Assembly: GCA_026770705.1 (NCBI GenBank)
Contig: JANJGN010000009.1
Coordinates: 13,392,001 to 13,456,000 of the forward strand
DNA: 64,000 nt
Reading direction: 5' to 3'
DNA from: Isurus oxyrinchus
Taxonomy: Eukaryota
Part shown: in pieces, positions 13,478 through 26,129 of the stretch
Numbering within the stretch: position 1 is the first letter of the stretch
How the letters are laid out: each line of letters starts with the position of its first letter
Notes under the pieces: model-generated
What the model was told of the DNA's origin: nothing
What the model saw: only the letters and a program-made list of their open reading frames with translations
Databases searched by the model: none
Made by a program: the position numbers and the translations under genes

Positions 13478-13808
13478 TCCTCAGTGCAACAAATCATTGA
13501 AGCGCTTACGGCACTGGATCCAGGTGCACCACACCACGTCGCGGGAGCTCACCACCTCCTCCCAGGCATGTTTGGTCATGGGGTGGGGGGGTGGGGGGGT
13601 GTGGGTAGGGGGGAGGCCTCCTCCTTCCATCCTGGGGGACCAACACCTCATGCCTTGCTGTCACCTCCTCGAGGGGGGCAGCAAGGCAGTCATCAGAAAA
13701 GTGAGGGGCATATTGGCCCCCCGCCGCTGGCCTACACTGCAGCCTGCCCTGCTCCTGTGCCCTTCCCTCCAGCGTGCCCTGCGCAGCTGACCTCCTCGAT
13801 GTGGCCAC
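13478..13808 (-). pseudogene. Harbinger Myb/SANT (trihelix) gene, first exon
   Basis: APHFSDDCLAA..EEV..R.EVL, then across a frameshift AWEEV...WIQCRKRFNDLL, followed by a GTAAGT donor. Confidence 0.85.
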
Positions 13809-15188
13809 TGTGAGCAGCCTAGAGGAGGCACGCCCACCGCAGCCCCCACACTCCCGCTATCCACGGGAGTCGGAAATGCACTGGGCGGGCCTTAATTGGC
13901 CCGCCCGCACAAAATGGCGGCATGGCCCCAATCGCGGGCGCCGATTGGGTCTGTGCCCGACTGCGGCTGCACTTGCTCTGCCCGGCCGACAGGCAGAAAA
14001 TTCTGCCCCATACGTTCGTACACAGGAGCAACAGTTACACATGCTCTAGGTAGACATGAGAGGTAAGTTTGGTAATTTTTCAACTAATTACATATATGCA
14101 ATGTTCATTACACATGGAGAGAGGTCTCAGAACACCTTAAATGACAATGGATAACGCAAGGGTTGGATATTTGTGGCAGTTGTGGCCTGCTGATGCAGTA
14201 AGAAGTTATTGTGGAGAACATAATTTCATATACAAACCACTAACAAAAGTCTAGCACAGCCAATTGGTAACTACACAAATGCTGTAAGTTGTTTGATCAT
14301 AACATTACCTTAACAGCGTTTACACTGTTTGCTCCCACTCCCTTCCAATAATTTTCTATAATCTGTAACTTTGACTATTATAAAACAACAACTTCTTTGT
14401 GATTTGAAAAAAATTTAATGTTATTTTCTTTTACTAAGAAGGACGGGATGACAATAGAAAACCATAGTGCTCAAAAAGCAAAATATGGTACAGATGGAAG
14501 ACAACAGAATGGTAGAGTAAATTGGAAAAGCACCACAATGTGACATAGAGAACTAGGATTGTAGTTAACACTTGCAATTTCAGAAAAGCTAGTTAGTACC
14601 TGATTCAGAGGAAGAGGGCAGAGAACAAAGAGAGAGAGAGAGAGTTATGTATATGTGAGAGAAATGATCAAATTCAGAGGCTATCTCCATGTTGACAGGA
14701 GCAAACCGTTAACAGAAACCCAGGACGAGGTAATTGGCTTATCCAATTACTTGGTCATTTGATGCACAGGGAGCTGGAAAAAGGGGAATATTTTAAACTC
14801 ACGTCTAGAGTCATGACATGAATCACTCAAACTTATTTCCATTCGAATTGTTTCTCCAGTAAAGCAATAGCAGACAGACAGTTACTAGGGCCCAAGAAAG
14901 AGCAACCAATAGCCACTTAAATCAAGAATCGTAGACAACTGGGAATGAGAAAAAGGTAACTCGGTTGAATTCTATCCTAATCATTGACTCTTTCTAGCTT
15001 GTGCAACAATTTATAATCTGCTATCTCAAGTAAGCAGCCAATCGGAAGAGCCAAGTAGCCAGTAAGAAAGGAGGAGTCCATTAAGGTCAAGGTCAGGATG
15101 TTAATGTTAAGAAACAGAATATTTTCCATTTCAAACAACAAGTAGATCCAGAGCTACCCTCAGTCCTGGCCTCAGAAGCAGCTCCTTT

Positions 15189-15828
15189 TGCATTTCCTTT
15201 GAGTGTAGTTTTCCCCAAAAGTAATAACCCTTAGGTTTTTGTTCATGATCTTGCTAATTAGTGCGGAATTAGGGACAGGTTTGTGCTGTCAGCTCACCCT
15301 GGGAGGTGGACCGCTATTGCCCAAACCCTTTTCATATAGTAAAAGACAGGAGACTTTCATTTCATCAGTCTGGGTTGGTTTTGAACCTAAATGCCAGCGA
15401 TGAAAGGCCAGTGTCTATTGTCCTATTGCTGGCCATTCCTTAAGGGTGAAACTGAATGGTGGGTGTGTTACAGTTAACTATTAGCAAATTAAATCTGATC
15501 TTACCCTTAACCTCTGTCCAAGACAAGTGAATCTCCAAGCATGGAACCTATCACAAGTAAAACGATGACAAAACAGTTAATTTAAAATAAAACATTTGGT
15601 GACTGACCTCCTTTCATCGCTGGCATTTAGGTTCAAAACCAACCCAGACTGATGAAATGAAAGTCTCCTGTCTTTTACTATATGAAAAGGGTTTGGGCAA
15701 TAGCGGTCCACCTCCCAGGGTGAGCTGACAGCACAAACCTGTGCCTAATTCCGCACTAATTAGCAAGATCATGAACAAAAACCTAAGGGTTATTACTTTT
15801 GGGGAAAACGACACTCAAAGGAAATGCA
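15189..15828. repeat. 219-bp inverted repeat pair (15189-15407 / 15610-15828) with a 202-bp spacer
   Basis: Base-by-base comparison by eye shows 2 mismatches. Confidence 0.95.
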
Positions 15829-16024
15829 TTGTCCACTTGCACTATTTACCTTAGCCAACCCTGTTAATTTCCTGAGGAAAGATTCAGCAAAGTTTCTTTC
15901 CACCCAAAATGTGAATTAAGCAATGCGGCCCAAATCACAGGTCCATTTTTTGCCTCAAACTCAGGGTAATTGAGTTCACAACCCATGTCATTCAGCCTTG
16001 ATCAGCTGCCTTCCTGTAGCAGTA

Positions 16025-16345
16025 GAATCACCTGGATCCACAGAAGATGAAGCCTCCTTTGACAGCACCTTCTGAACTCATGACGTCTACCACCTAGAAG
16101 GATAAGGGCAGCAGGTACATGGGAACACCATCACCTGCAAGCTCCCCTCCAAGCCACTTGCTAACCTAACTTGGAACTATTTTGCTGTTCCTTCACTGTC
16201 GCTGGGCCAAAATCCTGGAACTCTCTCCCTAACAGCACTACACAACCCGGACTGCAGCTGTTCATCACCAACTTCCCAAGGGCAATTAGGTGTGGGCAAC
16301 AAATGCTGTCCTTGCCAGTGATGCTCACATCTCAATAAAAGAACA
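16025..16345 (+). mobile_element. Non-LTR retrotransposon 3' end (AAGGGCAATTAGGGATGGGCAATAAA tail family)
   Basis: Same sequence at 22680-23005 (+) and 55380-55735 (-); tail shared with the SINEs at 26628, 30491 and 60050. Confidence 0.75.
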
Positions 16346-18024
16346 TAAAATCTGCACAGCATTTTGAAACCTCTATACCCTTTCTTACAACCTGTAGTTG
16401 TAACTGGAGACAATATCAGCCTAGTTTTTGCCCACTTCCTAGCCTGGAGGCATGACTGTCAATTGCTGCAACCTGCTACCACCCCAGCTGATGAAAGCAT
16501 GGACTCTTATTGCATGGCACATTTACCCCATAATGTTAAATATGCATGGCATACTTCCATCTGTGCGTAGTTTCAGATTCTGAAACGACAATTTAAAAAA
16601 AAATTATGTTTCAGCTCTGGTACTGAAATTTTGTTCTGTTAAAGGATCAGATAAAAACATTGTGTTGAGGAGCAAGTATTTATTGTTGGCTGTAATTAAA
16701 AGTTGAGGTAATTGCTGTTATTGGCTGTTTAACAGCACTATAAAAAGACAGAGAATGCAGCATTAATTACAATTTTGGAGAGAATCTGGGTGCTGTAGAC
16801 TTAGTCATTTATTTTAATTGCTCCTCGTTCTCCTCTTTCTTAAACACTGTTCATCCATGATAATCATTGGGTTGTTGTGACTGCTCGTCAATTACATGGA
16901 GAAGCAGGGTTTCTCGTGTTGAATTCACAAGCATCACTGCCCCTGCTCCTGCCACATGATGTTTCAATGAATGTTTTGACCTCTGACAGAGGGCTTAATG
17001 CCTTCAGTAAAGCACCTGCAAAATCTTACTTCTTTTTGCTTTGCAGCTCTTCCCTTCAATAAGAAGGAAAATAACACACATGCACACTCCTGCTTTGAGT
17101 CTCTGTAATGAAAACCAAAGCTTTTCAGTTGAGCAAGTCACATTTGCTCCTTTCTTGTTGTCCTTGCCTTTATTCAAGTGAAAATTAAAACTCTGATGCC
17201 ACTACTTTGATTCTCAGTCTTCTCATACTGACGTCCTGCTGTGTCCTAGATCTTAACGTTAAAAGCAGCCACAAATAAACCATACCTGTAAAGACTATCC
17301 CTCTGAATTCAGTGCAATTAATATTCTGCCGACTGACCAGTGGGATGATATATCATTGGTGTTGAAGGATATCCTTAATAATTTACATATTGTACTGAAG
17401 AACAATTATTTTTACAATTTCAAAGTTTCTGTGGATATTTATAACATCTTGTGTTTAAATGACCATACACATGACAACAGAGTATTAAGATTCTGGTGGA
17501 TTCATGGGGTTACTTTTCATTTTCTTGAAAGTACTGTCTTTTTTTTCCGAATTTGATAAAGCCAGTTTAAAAGAAATTTAAATTCTACATCTAGGCTGTA
17601 GGTGTGGACAATGAGCATGATGCGATTTATTCATGAAGTTACTACATATCAGATACTGAATTCTATAGTAGTGTCACAATATTATTTCACATTTTGCTCA
17701 TTCACTCTAATTTCTACGTTCCTTTTTCATGTGATTTACACTTGTCTTATTTAGAATATGTGCATGTATAAACCACAGCTTCTTGATGCTTTCAGAATCA
17801 GCAATTTTACTGTCAAGAGTGCTAATTGTAAATGTCATTCTGCTAAGTGATATTCCATTTGTTATAACACCGAATGGACTCTCTAGTGCACAGTGAGTCA
17901 ATAGACAAGATGATTGAAATAAATACACATAGCAAATAATGTTTGAGCAAGATCCAAAGGAAATTGTCACTATTTAGTCTGTTTGTGTAATATGTTGCAT
18001 TTTGTGAAATTTGTCTTACTGAGA

Positions 18025-19405
18025 ATTTGACCCCTTGAGCTTGCTCTGCCATTCAATAAGATCATGGCTGATGTTTGACCTTAACTCTACCTTCCCTGAT
18101 ATTCCCATGTCCCTGATTCCTTTGGTGGCGAAACAACTTGTTAAGATCCGAATAGAGATCGATAACTTTTAAAAAGATATTTGAATTTCTAGTGACTGAC
18201 TGGAAGGATCACACAACAAGATATCAAGTTTCAAGACTTTTACTGTAATAAACAAACTAAGAACATGATTGACTCAATACAATTTCGTAGGCGATTTAAA
18301 CTCGAGACTACAGAAAAGTATCCCCCATTTAACTTTCAAAACAACCGAAAATTCCCCTCCACCGTTAGACATTACTCTGTCCCTTAAGTGAACACTTTGT
18401 TCTCTGGAACCAGTCCAAAACTATTCTTCATTCCTGAGGTCTTGCTTCCTTTTTCTTTCCTGACTGGATAACTTCTAATCCCAGGACTGACTTTCATGAT
18501 GAATGTTATCCTGGAGATTCCTCCCCTAGCCAAAACTAGGTGAATCTACCAGCCTCATTTAAATCCTCAAGAACTTGAGCCCTTCAATCTGAGCATGAGC
18601 TTCCATCCACATTCTGCATGGTGAATAATAATCAGTATTGTCTCTGTTTCAGGCGCAAGACTGGTTGCCTTTGTCTCGCTGTTCTCTCTTTCTCCCTCTC
18701 TCAGATTTTTGCAGACTGTCATGTTTTTTGTGGGTTTCAGGAACATCTTAAGAAACCTGCAACCCAGCCCTACAATGGTTTTGTTTGGACTTCAAGCCAT
18801 CCAAGCCTGTGGTCGGATAGAATTCAGAGCAGGTCACATGACCCTCTTCATTCCTCCACATTACCCTAAATAAAAAAGAGACAACCCAAAACATAACAAG
18901 TTTATAAACTTCATATTTGAAACAATCTATCAATCTCTATTTTAAATATATTCAATGACTGAGCATCCACAGCTCTCTGGGGTAGAGAATTCCAAAACTT
19001 CACATTCTTATGAGTGAAGAAATTTCTCGCCCCAGTTCTAAATGATTAACCTCTTATTCTTAGATTGTGACCACCCTCCTCCCCGACCCCCCCCACTTTA
19101 GTTCTGGACTCTCCAGCCAGAGGAAACTGGCTCTCAGCATCTACCTTGTCAATCCCTCTAAGAATTTTATATGTTTCAATCAGATCACCTTCATTCCTTT
19201 AATCTCCAAACAACATGGACCCATTCTACTCAATCTCTCCTCCAAGGACATCCCTCTGATCCCAGGTATTAATCTAGTGAAGATTTGTTGCACCCTCTAT
19301 GATTCAGTTATCTCTTTCCCTCGGTACAGGGACTAAACAGTACACAGTACCCCAGATGTGGTCTCACCAAAGTTCCTTATAATTGCAGCAAGACTTCCCT
19401 ACCCT
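18025..19405 (-). mobile_element. CR1 3' fragment interrupted by an LTR-like insert (~18125-18924)
   Basis: Typical CR1 minus-strand 3' sequence on both sides of an unrelated insert. Confidence 0.7.
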
Positions 19406-19409
19406 TAAG

Positions 19410-20440
19410 GCACATGAATAGTAAAAGGGTCTTAAAAGGAGGAGTAGGGCCGGTTAGGGGCCAAAAAGGGGATTTACGCACAAAAGCTGAAGGGCATAGC
19501 TGAAGTACTAAATGAATACTTTGCGTCTGTCTTCAACAAGGAAGGAGATGCTACCCAGGCCATGGTTAAAGAGGATGTAATTCAGACACTAGAATGGTTT
19601 AAAATTGAGAAGAACGAAGTATTAGATAGGCACCCAGACTGGATGAGGTCCATCCAAGGATAATGAGGGAAGCGAGAGTGGAAATTGAGGAGGCACTGGT
19701 CATTTTTCAATCTTTCTTAGATTCGGGGGATGGTGCTGCAGTACTGGAGAATTGCAAATGTTGCACCCCTTTTCAAAAAAACAATGTAAGGAAAAGCCCA
19801 GCAACAACGAGCCAGTCAGTTTCACCTCAGTGGTGGAGAAACTTCTAGAAACAATAATTCAAGACAAAATTTATAGTCACATGAACAAATACAGGTTGAG
19901 AGTGTGGTTAATAAAGCATACAATATCCTAGGCTTTATTGATAGGAGCATAAAGTATAAAAGCAGGGAGATAACACCAAAGTTGTATAAGACACTATCTC
20001 GGCCTCAGCTGAAGTATTGCATCCAGTTCTGGTGCCACACTTGAGGAAAGATGTGAAGGCTTTAGAAAGAGTGCAGAGAAGATTCATGAGAATGGTTCCA
20101 GTGATGAGGAACTTCAGTTATGAAGATAGATTGGAGATGTTAAGACCGTTTTCCTTAGAGAAGAAAAGGCTGAGAGGAGATTTGATAGAGGTATTCAAAA
20201 TCATGAAAGGTCTGAACAGGGTAGATAGGAAGAAACTGTTCTCACATGAAGGATTGAGAATGAAAGGGCACAGATTTAAAATAATTGACAAAAAGAAGAA
20301 TAAGCGATATGAGAAAAAGCTTTTTCACACAGCAAGTGGTTAAGGTTTGGAATGCACTGCCTGAGAGTGTGGTGGAGGTAGGTTCAATCAAAGAATTCAA
20401 AAGGAAATTAGACAATTATCTGAAAAGAAAGAATGAGCCT
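19410..20440 (+). mobile_element. CR1 ORF2 fragments
   Basis: ORF 20017-20343 PHLRKDVKALERVQRRFMRM..RLRGDLIEVFKIMKG. Confidence 0.88.
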
Positions 20441-20524
20441 GCAGAGGACAGGTCCCTGCATATGAATATATGTTGCTTTTAGCAAGCAATATGTCCACAT
20501 TATGCCTTTTTGAATAAACAAAAG

Positions 20525-20712
20525 GACAGGGGACAATAGCTCACCTGATGCTTTCGCCATGGCAAAATCTCAAAATCAGAGCCGACTTGCCAAAGAATGA
20601 GTATCCCTTTTCTCATACAGTATAAATTGTTGTTGCCTTTGAAATTTGGCATTCTTGTATCTATCCTGATGAGTGCAAGATGAAAAACTTTGAAAGCATG
20701 TCTGTTTTTTCA
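20525..20712 (+). mobile_element. Probable old Penelope-like pLTR/3' end with a degenerate hammerhead motif
   Basis: CTGATGA-GTGCAAGAT-GAAA-AACTT at 20666-20690, followed by a T-rich end. Confidence 0.45.
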
Positions 20713-20984
20713 GAACTTTGCGACTCTCTCACATTTTGAAAAATATTTTCCTTTTCCATACTTCTCACCAAAGTGGATAATTTCGTACTTCCTCACATTA
20801 TGCTGCATCTGCCACCTTCATGCTCACTCACTTAGGAATCTTTAGCTGAAGCAGATTTACAAGGTAAGGGATAATTGTAGCAAAATGTGCAGACATAACT
20901 CAGTCCCCATTTATAAGTCATACATTCTGTCCTTATTTTTATATAATATTTTGAAGCGAAATGTTATTGGTTAAATTCTAAAAT

Positions 20985-21390
20985 CTGTGGGACCTGCAAA
21001 AGCACATAATCTATGCTAATACTCTTGTACAGTACTGAAGGAGTGCTGCTCTGGTAGCATTGCTATGATTCAGATGAGAATTCAAAGTGAAGCCTCCGTC
21101 TGCCCTCTCAGGTGGGTGGAAAAGATTCCATGGCACTATTCAAGGAAGAGTACTTTGATTTTCCCTGGTACCCTGGTCCATAGTTATCTCTCAACTGAAA
21201 CGTAAACCAGATAAACTGATCAATGTATTGTTTGTGGGAGTTTGCTGTGCGCAATTTAGCTGCTGCATTTGCTACTTTACAACAGTGACTACACTTCAAA
21301 AAGCATTTACTTGGCTGTAAACCACTTTGGGACATCCTGTTGTGAAAGGTGCCATAGAAATGCAAGTCCTCCTTTATTTTTCTTTCTTTC
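20985..21390 (+). mobile_element. Deu-domain (SacSINE1-like) SINE with L2-type tail
   Basis: CAGTACTGAAGGAGTGCTGC...CTCTCAGGTGG..GATTCCATGGCACTATT...GAAAGGTGCCATAGAAATGCAAGT. Confidence 0.75.
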
Positions 21391-21749
21391 AAGAGAATAG
21401 ACCTGGCTGGAATACTAGATGGGAGATGCACAAATAAAGCTTTGCACTGCCACAGGGTTTTCTTGTTTAATTGAAAAGCTGGGGTTCTTTTCCCTAAAAA
21501 AATAGAAGCCCGAGGGGTTTTTTGTGACAGAGATCTTTAAAATTTTCAGGGAATTTGATAGCATGGACGTAGAAATGCTTCCACTTGTGGAGCAACCAAA
21601 AACTACAGCCATATATGCCACAGATAGTCACCAATGAATCCAATGGGAAATCCAGGGGAAACCTCTTTTCTCAGAGAGTGGTGAGAAAGTGGAACTCGCT
21701 ACCACAAGGGGTAGCTGAAGTGACTAGCCTAGATGCATTTAAAGGGATA

Positions 21750-21990
21750 ACAAAACAAAAACAGAATTACCTGGAAAAACTCAGCAGGTCTGGCAGCATC
21801 GGCGGAGAAGAAAAGAGTTGACATTTCGAGTCCTCATGACCCTTCGACAGAGTTCTGTCAAAGGGTCATGAGGACTCGAAACATCAACTCTTTTCTTCTC
21901 CGCCAATACTGCCAGACCTGCTGAGTTTTTCCAGGTAATTCTGTTTTTGTTTTGGATTTCCAGCATCTGCAGTTTTTTTGCTTTTATCTC
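21750..21990 (+). mobile_element. Palindromic Penelope-like pLTR insertion (inverted pair plus 36-nt tail), 16-bp TSD
   Basis: Arms 21751-21851 and 21854-21954; TSD TGCATTTAAAGGGATA at 21734-21749 and 21991-22006; homologous to the terminus of the GIY-YIG element at 53198; sits inside a CR1 3' fragment (~21520-22150). Confidence 0.92.
21849..21891 (+). ncRNA. Minimal type-I hammerhead ribozyme-like motif (CpG-decayed copy; a second copy lies on the - strand)
   Basis: Stem I AGAGTT/AACTCT, core CTGTC(A)A, stem II GGGTC/GACTC, GAAAC(A)TC. Confidence 0.7.
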
Positions 21991-22679
21991 TGCATTTAAA
22001 GGGATACTAGGTGGGTGAGGGAGGAAGGAATAAAAGGTTATGCTGATAAAGTGGGTTTAATTCAGGTGGGGAGGAGGCTTGTGTGGAGTTAAAAGTGGCA
22101 TAGGCTCTTTAGACCAAATGTCCTGCTTTTGTGCTGCAAATTCTATGTAATCGAGAGTGCTTTGAACTATCTGTTTATTTTATTTCAGCCCCAAACCATT
22201 TATACCAGAAAGGCATCCTTCTCATGTGTCTCTATGCCAACAACAGAGAATCAGTGAACACTGAGCACACACAATGAAATTTACTATTTCAAGGTGTTGT
22301 TGAGGAAGGTTGCATTATGGTTAGATTGGTTATGAATCTTGACTTGAGTCTCTGTACAGATAAAGCTACACAGCTGAAAAGCCTGATTGATTTATTAAGA
22401 GTAAAGGGCGCAGAGTAAATATTAATCTAGGTTATTGATATTCTGAGAGCATATGTTCCCAAGAGAATGAAAGGGATTATTTCATGTTACAATTTAGCCC
22501 AACAATTACCTCTCTACTTTCTCCCCCTCATGGATCCTCCTAGTAATGATCATCCTAGTAATGGAAACACCAACCAAGTGAACACAAAACCACCAGTGAC
22601 ATTTCATTCAGTACATGGTGCACTGCAGTGATGGACATCTATAAGGTCAGTATTCCTCACTCAGAACCACAAGATGCCC

Positions 22680-23005
22680 TGCAGCAATTTGGCAAGGCTT
22701 CTTCAATGACAGCTGGCAAACCAGCAATGGCCACAAGGACAAGGGCAGCAGACCCATGGGAACATCACCAGCTCCAAGCTCCCCTCCATGTCGCGCACCA
22801 TCCTAACTTGGAAATACGTCACCATTCTTTCATTGTCGTGTGAGCCAAATCTTAGAGCTCCCTCACTAGTAGTAATGTGGGGGTACATTCACCACATGAA
22901 CTGCAGTGGCTCATCAACCACCTTCTCAAGGGCAATTAGGGATGGGCAATAAATGATGGCCTTGTCAGTGACAGCCACATACTGGGAATGAATTAAAGAA
23001 AAAAA
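22680..23005 (+). mobile_element. Non-LTR retrotransposon 3' end
   Basis: Matches 16025-16345. Confidence 0.7.
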
Positions 23006-25369
23006 TAATTTGACTCTACTTTTGTGAGGCATTTCATATGGTACACAACTGAGGGTGGGCAACTTATATTGCTTATGTGAATAGTGCACGACAGTTACGT
23101 GCTGGAATTGAAGAGTGGTAATCATGATTGTACTACTGGATGATTTTTAAAATAAACAAAAAAAATCTTTAAAAATTATTTCCTCTTGTAGCTTGAAATC
23201 AAGAACAAAGCAACATAATCTTAATATTAGAGATTAGAGTCAGGCCAATCAGGAACAAAATCAGGAAGCATTTTTTCACACAAAGGATAGTGGAAATTTA
23301 GAATCTTACCCCCTCCACCATTCCCTGTCCCCAACATACTGTAGATGCTGGGGGAATAACAGGAACTTTCAAGACTGTGGTCGATAGATTGTTTGTTTAA
23401 TAAGTGCACCAAGAGCTAGGGTGAAAAGGTTCATGTTGAGGCATGAATCCACTGTGATCTCATTGAACAGTGGAGATTCAGAGGGGGCTAAATGACTTAC
23501 TTCCTTTCTATGTCCCTAATCATGTGTGTTTCTGTTTAGTAGGATTTTATTCCCTCTGTGACAATAGATTTTGTTCTCCAATTCAAAATAGATCACATTA
23601 ACTTAAATATATATTTACACATTAGCAGATTTTTGGTGAGAGTTTGGGGTGGGGGTGGGGGCAGGGTGGTTGGATTTCCCCAACCATCTTTTAGTCAGAA
23701 CATCTCTGATGATAATATGCCTATTATCAAAATTAGTGTTCAACCAACTGGGAAAAGACGAGCCATTAAAGATGTTATGACTGAGCAAATTGACATCAAC
23801 TACATCTTAACACACAACACATTAGCAAAAGAACACCAATGAATGAGACATTTTCTAATGGCCCTGTCAATTTGTCACCTATGTGCAGTCAGGAATGTGT
23901 CCAAGTCCTGAATGCAGGACTAAACAAATAAATAAATTACAATTTTATCTTCGTTGATTGCCCATATTGTAAATGCCGAGGATGTTGTTAGTATTCAGTA
24001 AGTGGTGTAAGGGGCAATTTGCTGATAGTTAATTCCTTTTTGGCCACAGAATCACCTGTCTCAAAGTCATCTCCCGCAGTGCGGACAAATAGAACTATCA
24101 GAGCAGAAATGAAGCATGATAATCGAGCAGGGTAGAAGAGACGAGCAAAGTGGACCTAAATAGGGCATTTGTTACAAAAATATGGCAACTGGGATGCTAA
24201 ATATTTGATTTTGCAGTTATTTTTAAGACTCGTGTAACTTAATCATATCTAATTTACTTTTCCAGGCAATCACTGTCTTGTTTAACAGGTTTTCGCTTAG
24301 GCTAATGAAGTTCAAAATATTTGCAGTGAAAACAGCTGGAGCCATTTTAAGGACATTTGAAGGTGCAATGGTGACTTGTGTATTTTAAGAGGAGGGCTAC
24401 TTTAATCTCAATATGAGTTGTCACTCTCTGTCACTGCGAATGCAACAGACATTAAAAACTGAGAAGTGGTCAGACTAAAACAGCAATTTCGTATCATTCA
24501 GACAAAACGTTTCTGCCCTTGATGTATGAATGGCATCTTTGCTGCTCTAAGTGTCTTTATCTGTTCTGCCCCATAAATATTCTGCATCATTCCACCCTCT
24601 GCAGGCTCTCTGAATAACAGGGCATTCACACAATCTTCCTTTGAGACATCTTTCCCGCAGCACAATCTTCTCTGGTAAAAAATATTGACTTGACAAAGAT
24701 ACTTGAAAGTATTAATTTCCTTGAATTATGGAAATGAAGAGCACTCATGCCAGAAAAATTATACTGCCTGTCTCCTAATTTAAGTATGACCCACAATCAA
24801 GAGAATCATGACTGGTTTATCTGATCAGTGCATCTTAGCTGTCCGGTCACCTCCTAACTGAATGAACCCTGTATCACTTGGAGGTTGCTATCGCTACGGT
24901 TCATTTGTATCTTTAATAGGGATGTAAAAATTCCTACCATGTTTCTCGCTTTATCTGTGAAAAATTGTCCTGATTTATTTTGAAGTAAAACTGGGATAAT
25001 TACTTAGTACATGTTCAGTTACCTTTGTAACTGAGAGAAGGGCCTGGGTGAAGGCAACTACCACACATTCTTCATCAGATCTGGGTTCAGTATTTTTGCA
25101 ACAGGTTCTGCTGGCTTAGATTTTCTAAATGACCTTATTTTATTGCTGCTGTCTTCAAAGTAATATTAATCAGGAAATCCAAGCTGCAGGTTTTTTTTTT
25201 CAACACTCTGCTGCCCTTCTCAGTTGTTGCCACACAGTGGTGACCAGGCACCTTCCAACATCTCAGACAAATGGCCGAGATGAGACAGCTACAAGACGCA
25301 TGTCTCCGGGCCATCCGATGGTGTGGGCCATCCCATTCGACACTGTTCTCTGTCAACACGCCCGCGTTG

Positions 25370-25890
25370 ACGTTTTCAGCTGAAAGTCTTTGGAAGACAA
25401 GCAGTGGATGGAACCTGATGACATTTCTGTGGCATCGCCTTCACTGGCAAAATCATTGTGCTTAATCTTCCCCGCCTCGGGCGATCTCGAAGGAAGCGGG
25501 CGGGGTCGGTCTCACCGAGCGGCCTCTGGGAGATTGAAGCGCTTTCGAAAACAATAAATAAAAATCAATAAAAATTTAATGAAACATGTCCCCTCGTGTG
25601 ACTGTGTCACATGAGGTAGGACGTGTTTTTATTTTTCGGGACAATTTTTAAATTTAATTAATAGAAGCTTTAGGAAACCTCATCCCTCTCGTGGATGAGG
25701 TTTCCTAAAAATTGAAAAGGCCGTTTGGCTCTTTCGCCTGCCCGCCCAACGTGAGGTTAGACGGGCAGCGTAAACTTGACATTAATGATTTTGTTAATGG
25801 CCTTAATAGGCCTTTTAATTATTGGCGGGTGTGCAGCCAGCTCTGGTGTGTCATTTTACAGCTTCCGCACGCCGACTGAAAAATCCTGGT
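25370..25890. mobile_element. Harbinger-type MITE
   Basis: Family hairpin GGAAACCTCATCC...GGATGAGGTTTCC; end AAAATCCTGGTC. Confidence 0.75.
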
Positions 25891-26129
25891 CATTGACTTG
25901 ACAAAGATGTTTAAAATCATTAATTTCCTTGAATTATGGAAATAAAGAGCATTCATGCCAGAAGAATTACGCTGTCCCCCTCCCAGTTTAACCACAATTT
26001 AGAGATTGCTGATCGCTTTATCTGATCAGTGTATGTTGATTCCCCAGCCACCTGATCCAAGTTGAAGGCACTGAGGCCCATTATAGCTAGATGCTTTGTG
26101 GCATGAACTACAAGAACCATGGTCCACAT

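Larger units (their letters stand above)
10813..14008 (+). mobile_element. PIF/Harbinger DNA transposon, rearranged and internally deleted
   Basis: TIR GGGCAGAATTTTCTGC / GCAGAAAATTCTGCCC, CAT on both flanks, HARBI1-like transposase on + and Myb/SANT gene on -. Confidence 0.93.

Noticed and set aside
15646-15670. Hammerhead-like CTGATGA..GAAA in the inverted repeat
   Set aside because: Only 2 nt between the core halves, no stem II or III; it lies in a SINE body
15189-15828. Mutator/Foldback transposon
   Set aside because: No TSD visible, and the arm boundary cuts through a SINE head
21781-21966. Small conserved protein (MLEIQNKNRITWKNSAG.., also at 60411 and 60439)
   Set aside because: Antisense reading of the PLE pLTR; it recurs because the repeat recurs
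21750-21990. Ordinary DNA-transposon MITE or pre-miRNA
   Set aside because: Asymmetric tail, 16-bp TSD and homology to a GIY-YIG retroelement terminus indicate a PLE origin
22190-22290. Host exon after TTTTATTTCAG
   Set aside because: No recognisable protein and no clear donor site
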